This document shows positions 56,176 through 64,000 of a stretch of DNA of 64,000 nt, in pieces. Position numbers and translations under genes: made by a program. The notes beneath the pieces are model-generated. The model did not search any database. It had not been told where the DNA came from and saw only the letters and a program-made list of their open reading frames with translations. Each line of letters begins with the position of its first letter. Positions within the stretch are counted from its first letter, which is position 1. The DNA comes from Azolla caroliniana (Eukaryota; Plantae; Polypodiophyta), in NCBI GenBank assembly GCA_043228905.1, contig JBHGNT010000021.1, positions 2,852,001-2,916,000 on the forward strand, in the 5' to 3' direction.

Positions 56176-58494
56176 ATGATGATTTCCTTACATGGAAATC
56201 CATGTCTAGAAAAGAGTGGGAGTAAAAATAACAGGGAAGGTTATGTTTTAGTTCAATTGCTCAAGACTTGTGGGACGAAAAAAAATCTCTTTAAAGGATC
56301 ACGACTTCATGTGGAAATCTTGAGAAAGGGTTTACTTGAAAAATGTCCTTATTTAGCTAGCTCTTTAATAAGTATGTATGCAAAATGTGGTGCATTAACA
56401 AAAGCAAAGAAATTGCTCGAACAATTTCGTGTTCGAGATATCATATCTTGGAATGCATTGATAAGTGGGTTTGTGAAACAAAGGAGAAATTCTGAAGCAA
56501 TACTTTGCTTTAATCAGATGCAAGAAGAGGGTTTTTCTCCTGACATGATTACTTTCACTTGCATCTTGAAAGCATGCGGTAGCTTAGGGGACGTTGATAA
56601 GGGCAAAAGTATTCATGATGATATTATCAGTAGAGGTTTTCTTGAGAAAGATACCATACTTGGTACTTCGTTGGTGGATATGTATGCTAAGTGTGGTATG
56701 CTAAGAAAAGCACAAAATTTATTTGAAGAACTTCATGTTCGAAATGTGGTATCTTGGAATGTAGTCATGGAGGGATGTGTCCAACATGGCCAATTTCATG
56801 AAATACTTGATTATGCTGAACAAATGCAAAATGAGGGCCTCTCTCCAGATGCTGTCACATTTACTTGCATTTTAAAAGTATGTGGAAACATACGAGATTT
56901 CAATAAGGGTAAGCAAATCCATGAAGAGATAATCAATAGGGGTCTACTAGAGAAAGATATTGTGCTTGGAAATGCGTTGGTTGATATGTATAGCAAATGT
57001 GGTATGCTTCCGAATGCACGAAAGGCTCTTGAAAATCTTCATATTCGAAATGTAGTTTCTTGGAATGCATTAATTGGAGGATATATTGGACAGGGTCAAG
57101 GTCACGAGGCACTTGATTGCCTTAAGCAAATGCAAGCCGAGGGAACCTCTCCGGATGAAATCACTTTCATTTACATCTTGAAGGCTTGTGCCATCATAGG
57201 AGATCTTGAAAAAGGAAAAACTATCCACGATGAGATTGTTAATAAAAGATTACTGAAGAAAAGTATCCTGCTTGGCACCACTTTGGTGGATATGTATGCA
57301 AAATGTGGTCTTCTGGCAAAAGCAAAACAAATACTTGAGGAACTTTCAGATCGTAATGTAGTTTCATGGAATGCATTGATCACAAGCTATGTGCAACAAG
57401 GGCAAAACTATGAAGCACTTAGGTGTTTTGAATGGATGCAAAATGAGGGGATTGTTGCTGATGAGTCCACCTTTTCTTGTATCTTAAAGGCATGTGGAAA
57501 TGTAGGAGACACTCGGAAGGGGAAAAAGATTCATGATGAAATTGTGAGGAGGGGATGGCAAGAGGGAAATATTGTGCTTGGAACTGCTCTGGTTGATATG
57601 TATGCCAAATGTGGAATGATTGCAAAAGCCGAGGATATTCTTCGAGAATTTTGTGTAAGAGACAAAGTCTCTTGGTGTGCACTAATTTCGGGTTATGCTC
57701 AACAAGGAAAAGGCCATGATGCTTTGAATTGTTATGAACAGATGCAGCGTGAAGGCCTCACCCCAGATGATGTCATCCTCACTTGTATCTTGAAAGCATG
57801 TGGTAATATAGGGGCTATAGATAAAGGCAAACAAATCCACAATGAGATTATCAATAGAGGTTTGCTCAAGAACAATATTGTGCTTGGAACTTCCTTAATT
57901 GATATGTATGCAAAATGTGGTATGCTTACAAAAGCTCAAAAGGTGCTTGAAGAGCTTCCAAATCGAAATGAAGTTTCTTGGTCTGCCCTCATTGCAGGAT
58001 ATGCTCAGCATGGCGAAGGTCATGATGCCATCTTATGTTTTGAAAGAATGCAAAATGAGGGTCTCCCTCCAGATGATGTCACTTTCTTATCTCTATTGAA
58101 TGGATGTTGTCATATGGGTCTACTATATGAGGCCCAAATGTATTTTGAGTACATGAGTAGCAGATATGGCATCTCGCCAAAAATTGAGCACCACACTTCC
58201 CTAGCTATTGTTTTTGGATCTTCGGGGCACTTTGAAATGGCTATGGATTTGATTAATAGGATGCCATTCTCAGACAATCTTACCATTTGGATCACACTAT
58301 TAGGTGCTTGCAGGAAATGGAGGAATATTAGATTTGCAAGATTAACTTTTGATCGTGTAATACAACTAGATATTACTTGTGCTCCAGCTTATGTTCTTAT
58401 GGCTGATATTTATGCCACTGCCGGTATGGAAGAGGATGCTGAAAAAATTGTAGCCATGAGAATGAAACATCGTATGCAAGAAAATGGGAATTAG
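56176..58494 (+). CDS. PLS-E class PPR protein (organellar RNA-editing factor type), 772 aa
   Basis: PLS triplets followed by an E domain (WITLLGACRKW...AYVLMADIYATAG), no DYW. Possible short first exon 55911-56001 spliced in phase to an acceptor at 56155. Confidence 0.93.
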   Translation: MMISLHGNPCLEKSGSKNNREGYVLVQLLKTCGTKKNLFKGSRLHVEILRKGLLEKCPYLASSLISMYAKCGALTKAKKLLEQFRVRDIISWNALISGFVKQRRNSEAILCFNQMQEEGFSPDMITFTCILKACGSLGDVDKGKSIHDDIISRGFLEKDTILGTSLVDMYAKCGMLRKAQNLFEELHVRNVVSWNVVMEGCVQHGQFHEILDYAEQMQNEGLSPDAVTFTCILKVCGNIRDFNKGKQIHEEIINRGLLEKDIVLGNALVDMYSKCGMLPNARKALENLHIRNVVSWNALIGGYIGQGQGHEALDCLKQMQAEGTSPDEITFIYILKACAIIGDLEKGKTIHDEIVNKRLLKKSILLGTTLVDMYAKCGLLAKAKQILEELSDRNVVSWNALITSYVQQGQNYEALRCFEWMQNEGIVADESTFSCILKACGNVGDTRKGKKIHDEIVRRGWQEGNIVLGTALVDMYAKCGMIAKAEDILREFCVRDKVSWCALISGYAQQGKGHDALNCYEQMQREGLTPDDVILTCILKACGNIGAIDKGKQIHNEIINRGLLKNNIVLGTSLIDMYAKCGMLTKAQKVLEELPNRNEVSWSALIAGYAQHGEGHDAILCFERMQNEGLPPDDVTFLSLLNGCCHMGLLYEAQMYFEYMSSRYGISPKIEHHTSLAIVFGSSGHFEMAMDLINRMPFSDNLTIWITLLGACRKWRNIRFARLTFDRVIQLDITCAPAYVLMADIYATAGMEEDAEKIVAMRMKHRMQENGN

Positions 58495-60912
58495 TATATT
58501 TTGATAGCAAGTGAGATGTTTGAATGAATGTACACATACAAGGTGGTTATGTCATTCATGTTTACCATATATATGATCTGAACACCACCACTATAGCTAA
58601 TAGTCTGATACAGCCAAGGAACGTACAAAAGCTAGGGCTACTCTATTTCGCGCACAAGGCATGCTCTGTAAGAGTCTTTGGAAGTAGTGAGTCTACATCT
58701 ACTTTTATGGTGATCTTGCATTGATGGAAAATAGGGTGTAATGAGAGATTGTGTTGCAAACAAAAGGGGTGTGGCTTGTGTGAATGCCATTTACACACTC
58801 CTCAATTGCCATTGGGTCAATATTTTTATTTTTGCCTGGGTTGAAGGTCTACGGAATTCAGGTTTCTCTTTAAAAGGTTGTATGTCACAAAGCCCCCAAT
58901 AAGTCTTGGAAGTAACGCAACTAAGACAAAATTACTAAGGGCATCAAGATCCAAAAGTGATAATACAACGAGGTAAACATTCAGGAACTGATTTATGAAT
59001 CAAGTTAAGCATGGAAGCTTTTGAATTCCTTCTAGTTAAGGTGATTGATGAGGATCAATGATATTATATCATCCTTTGGGGGGACAAAACAATCTATGAG
59101 CTGAGTCACTGACAAATGCAAGTTTGAATGCACTCTATTGTTTTTCCTTATTCTCATCTAAGATGTGGAGCATGTTTTTAGCTAAATGGTCTCTACTTCT
59201 AGAGAACTAATCTTTGGTAGGAAATGTCTCCATCATTTGAAACTAGATTCTTGACTTAAACTAGAGGCATGCCCTCTAGAACCCTTAATGCCCAAACTCT
59301 TCCGACCAAGAGTTTTGGCTAGTGCTATCATCATATGGGTGAAATTTTGGACAAGACGTAATTCTAAGATTTCGGATGCCAATATTTACATCAGGATGGG
59401 CGGCTGATGTAGTGCACACCAAAAAATTGACTTTTCGTCAATGATTTAAGCACCACCCACTCACTATGTTGGTGCTCATTACCATATGAGTGATGTTCAT
59501 TGCCAAATTGATGTTTTGAATGTAACAATCGATGAATGATGGGAGTACTTTGGAGATGGGCAGAAGTTACTTCAATGTGAGTGAAGTTGTTGACTTTTCT
59601 ATGTTTGTGTCTTGGGTTCAAGGTTAGCCAGATTAGCAAATTTGGGAATTCATAAATGGAGGAATGTCTTTTGCATCTTAGCAAAGTTGTGTCGAATCCT
59701 AAGATCGAGCAACTCTTTCACAATTCATACAACACAATTGTTTATGGCTTTGTAGATACCACCTTGTGAAAAGAACCCCAAAGAAGTGGTGTTGTCACCA
59801 TTTCTTGCATCAAAAAATACAAATTGTACGGTACTTTTAGGAATGTCAAAGTTTTTATCGATGGATCTCCTAGAGAGGATGATGAATTAGATTGGAGTGA
59901 GCATGATCGGAATCAATTGACCAAATTAAAGTAAAAGAAAGGTGAATAGATTGGATAGATGAACTTGTTCCTCCCAACCACCCTTGAGCTATGATCAAGA
60001 CATAGCCAACCTACCATTAACGTCCTATACTGACAGATATTAGGATGTCTACTACCTTAGAATAGGTAACACAATCGTTGCAACAAAAGCCTAGCCCCGC
60101 TACTGATGTAATATGTTTTATGAGGGTAGCTAGGCCTCATATTTATACTTCTTTCTTGGCCCCTTGAATAGGTACGCTTTCCTAAAAGACTATTTTTCAT
60201 GGGTTGTCAAGATCATGATAGTGCATGCACATATCATTCCTTCTATTCATAATCCAATCTCATTGTGAAGATACCCTTCACTAATGTTTTGTAAATATTA
60301 GTGTCCTACCCTTACTCACATTATGTGTACATACCAATAGGCATGATAATTTAAACACGAGGGTTCGTATCTGTGATACGAATCACAGAAAAAAAAAACT
60401 TTCAGCAACACAAATGTGAAAAGTAAACATGTAAGACTTACATGCAGAGCATTCTTATTTGCTAATGAATAAGTTGTTTTTAAAAACTAAATAGCAAGCG
60501 AGTGAAAGAAATTTTAACAAACATAAAAAATTAATAATACGATATAATAATGATCAATCAACATAGGAATGTCATGCACTTGTACGAGTGCATGTAATTT
60601 TGGCAACCTAATTTAAACTAAAGTGCAAGTAACACACAAGAATATTGTTTTCTGCATACAAATTTACAATATCTAAAAGCATGAATGTTTGTTTGTGTGT
60701 GTGAGTGCATATTTTATTATTCTATTTGGACTCATTTTTCTTGTATTTTCCGACATTTTTGCTTATAATTCATTAAAAATGTTGGATACAATCTTTCTTT
60801 TCTTCTTTTTTGGGGAGGATGGAGTAATTAAATATATGATATTTTCCAAAAAAAACATAGCATGTGGCACTTATGAAAGATATGCATCATTCCAATTAAC
60901 ACCACCACGATA

Positions 60913-60970
<58 letters not shown>

Positions 60971-61045
60971 CCCATAGATCCGGCTTGGGGAGTTGAAGGT
61001 TTTGACCCATTCGTTCCGGGAGAAATAGCTTCGCACCACATAGCT
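60971..61045 (+). pseudogene. psbB: 75-bp plastid psbB fragment (NUPT)
   Basis: Translates [25 protein letters not shown] versus CP47 [23 protein letters not shown]. Confidence 0.85.
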
Positions 61046-63700
61046 GAGAGACAAATGAGTTCTTGTCTAATAGTTTTCATGTAGTACCACTATTGGTAAG
61101 GAAGATTAATTTGGCAGTTTTCACAACTAAGTTGTGCAGGCAAATTGTCCTCAGAGGTGAGTTGCCTTTATGTCAAGTTGTCTCACAACACCTTGGGGAA
61201 TTTACCTTGCCATAGGATCCTTACTATTGTAATAAGAACATCATGGGGTTTTTGTTTGTCATGTTGTTGAAATACAAACACTACTTTTACAAGAGATGTT
61301 AAGATTCGATGTTGATTGTCAAAAGAAAACCCTTTGGTTACGTATTCAGCATTCAAGGAATGAATCCAACATTGGGAAATTACACAAAAGAAAGATATAG
61401 TCCTAGAATACAAGAAAAGTTTGAAACTTATATCGTGGGTGGGTGGGCAATAAAATTGAGAAAGGATCATTCTAAGGGTTATCTAATATCATCTGTCGCT
61501 TTTTAATTTAGCGTTTGTGAGAACATCGCTCAAAATATTAAACTCATGTGTGTATTCAATTATAAATAGTGGCAAGATGCAAGAAAGTTTGTAGGAATTT
61601 TCTAGTAAACCCCCATTAACTTGAGTTACATGGTCATATTTTCCCAAGGGAAGTGAGCGAATTAGTAATGAAATTTATTTCACGAAAATCATTGCATTTT
61701 CTCAAGATTTCATATTATTTCATCCCCAAGAAGGGAACTTCATCAAATAGGAAAGAAAATTTGAATGAACATTGGTCTTAATCACTAGCATACATGTGCT
61801 TACTGGCGGCACTCAATGACAACACAAACAAACAAAATGTTGGCTAAGAAAGTAAGGGCAAAAAGCAACTAGAAGTTCAACATACACAACCATACATGTT
61901 GTGTTATTGTGAAAAGGAAGTTCTAACCATGTGACTTGTATAATGGAGAGACACTTGGTATAATATGTAGGACAGCCATGATTGATGAACAAAAAGAAAG
62001 AGTAAGCCATGGCTATGATCACGTGAGAGGAAGAAGCGAAATTCGTGAGATAGAGTGAAGGAAAAACACTATACATTATATAGTGAACCATTTTTCCTTG
62101 GAAAAAGAATGTGATGACTAATTCAACCTTCACAAAAGACATGAATGGGATTTGATCAACTAACTGTGTTGATGATTATGAGAATTGAAAAAGCACCAAT
62201 TCATTACCTCATTTGTCCCTTTTTGTCTTGTTTTTACCTTTATATTGGAGGCTAGCTATATACAATGTGTGAAGTGTTATTTGCACTCAAAGTTGAAAGA
62301 TTTGTATATACATGTGTCCAAAGAAGAATATCGCAGTCCAATTGACCCAAAAGTTGTGGGATGTGGACAATTGCAACGACAACTCAAAGTTAAGTAAAAA
62401 GACAGAAAAGGGGAGAGTTTCATGTGATTTACCAATTCCATTTTTGCCTCGTCAAGGTTGCGTCAAATGTATGGACAAAGAAGAACAGAGCGAAAAGCAA
62501 TATTGATCAGTTTTTTTTATGTTTTCCCATGTGTAAAAGAGCCCACTTTCCCTTTACATTCCCTATGGTTTGAATCAACCTCATTCAGAGGCAATCCCCA
62601 TTTGCCAAAAAGAGCTCACTTTCCCTTACAAATCCTTGCAATGTGAAAGAATACGATGTTTTGCACAAGGAAAAACCTCAACATGCCTAGCTAAGAATAC
62701 CATGTTTTCTTTCATCGATCCTTATATATCATGAGGAGAATTCATCTTCTCATTGATACTTTGGAGAATGGAGATGGTACTGATCAAGATTAGACAAGAG
62801 CCAAATGGATGTGTATACATGCATACATGCATACCCACACATCTCGCTAGAATATTCGGACATCTTCATGTGCGAGAGAAAGCCCCAGTTCGCTCGTATT
62901 TTGCCGACACGCATTATGGAGCTTTTTTTTGTGTGTGGGGGCGATGAGGAACCACATCGTAGGTAGTAAGGTTAAGTAGGGTATCGGGTTTTTCCCACAC
63001 GCATGCGGGACAGAAAGGGCTCTTGCAAGTACGAGAGTGTGCCGGAGCAATGGGCATCTCTGGCTTTCTTTCTTTTCCGACACAAGCCATGCATTTCCTC
63101 TTCCTCTCCGATGATGCCCCCTCCTTACAGGTCGGAGAGGAGAGAGAGTCGGAAAAGAAAGAAAGCCGGAAAAGGGGGTTTCTACGGATGTAGTGTATTC
63201 GAAGAAATAGGAAGCGTGGGTCCGCGATAGATGTCTATGAGTGTGAGTGTGATTGTGTGTGAGTGTGGAGCCAAAGAAACACATGAATCCATCTATGTTG
63301 GTGTTGCTTGCACTCCTACCAATTATTATGACTACTACTACTACTACTAACTTTAGCTGCCACTAGCTAGCTATAACTATAGCACCTGCCACTACTAAAA
63401 AAGCAAAAAACCTAAGCCCTGTTTTTAGTTGTATGTATTTGTATACCCCCCCTTTCCTCTGCTTCTAAGAAGCAAACCATGGTGACTTACTTGCTAGCTC
63501 CACATTTTCTTCTCTCTTCTGTAAACATTTAACAACCCTCCCTTGTTGAAGAAGAGATGATGAATGTGGCATCCATGTGTATGGGCTTCCATTGAATCGG
63601 ATAAGGTGTGTGATCCACGTTGTTGCAATCTTCCTTTGAAATCTCACATGAACAACTCGTAATCACTCTTATCATGTTCTTTTTATGCATGCATGCATGC

Positions 63701-63733
<33 letters not shown>

Positions 63734-64000
63734 TGTATGTATAATGCAATCCTCCTTTGAAATCTCAGGTGAAGAAATCATGATCTCGCTTATGCATAAG
63801 CATTTCTTTTCTCCGTTGAAATTTTGATGAAAAACATGGGATCTTCTTGTAAAAGCATTTCCTTTGAAATCTTGTGAAGATAGCTTTCTGTTTATCTTGC
63901 TCATAATCTTCTTCTTTTTGGTTTAGGGCTCAAATTCTAGCTCCCCCAAGAAAACATAAAACAAATTGGATCTTGTTTGGGAGGAAATGGAGAAACTGAA

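Noticed and set aside
53341-56176. In-frame Tic22-PPR fusion via a donor-like AG/GTATGG at 53341 and an acceptor at 56155
   Set aside because: The phase is compatible, but FIPPG plus a short tail is the normal Tic22 end, and a nearer ATG-containing exon (55911-56001) fits the same acceptor. No transcript evidence is available.
59390-59935. Possible decayed coding remnant
   Set aside because: Short open stretches with no motif I can assign without a search.

Overview
Eukaryotic nuclear DNA, most likely a fern or other non-seed land plant. This is inferred from an intronless cyanobacterial-type squalene-hopene cyclase, intronless PLS-class PPR genes, and Tcn1-like and tRNA-Trp-primed gypsy elements. 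Bases 1-21.2 kb are a stack of nested LTR retrotransposons: a near-intact tRNA-Trp-primed Ty3/gypsy element (gag-PR, -1 frameshift, RT-RH-IN), two non-autonomous relatives sharing its cis-signals, a very young intact Ty1/copia, and copia/gypsy remnants. A GC-rich squalene-hopene cyclase gene lies at 23.8-25.9 kb. A second nest at 30.9-41.8 kb is a decayed copia interrupted by a probably self-priming chromovirus and two solo LTRs. The last third holds PPR - Tic22 (8 exons, 320 aa) - PPR(E), plus small organellar insertions (unedited mitochondrial nad4L, plastid psbB). The best candidate for an undescribed system is the Trp-primed gypsy family. Every readable junction is a CpG-centred 4-mer (one proven 4-bp ACGT TSD), and it appears to mobilise pol-less partners that keep only the PBS, LTR tips, a pre-PPT hairpin and a gag-derived repetitive frame. 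All calls were made by eye; no database searches were run.
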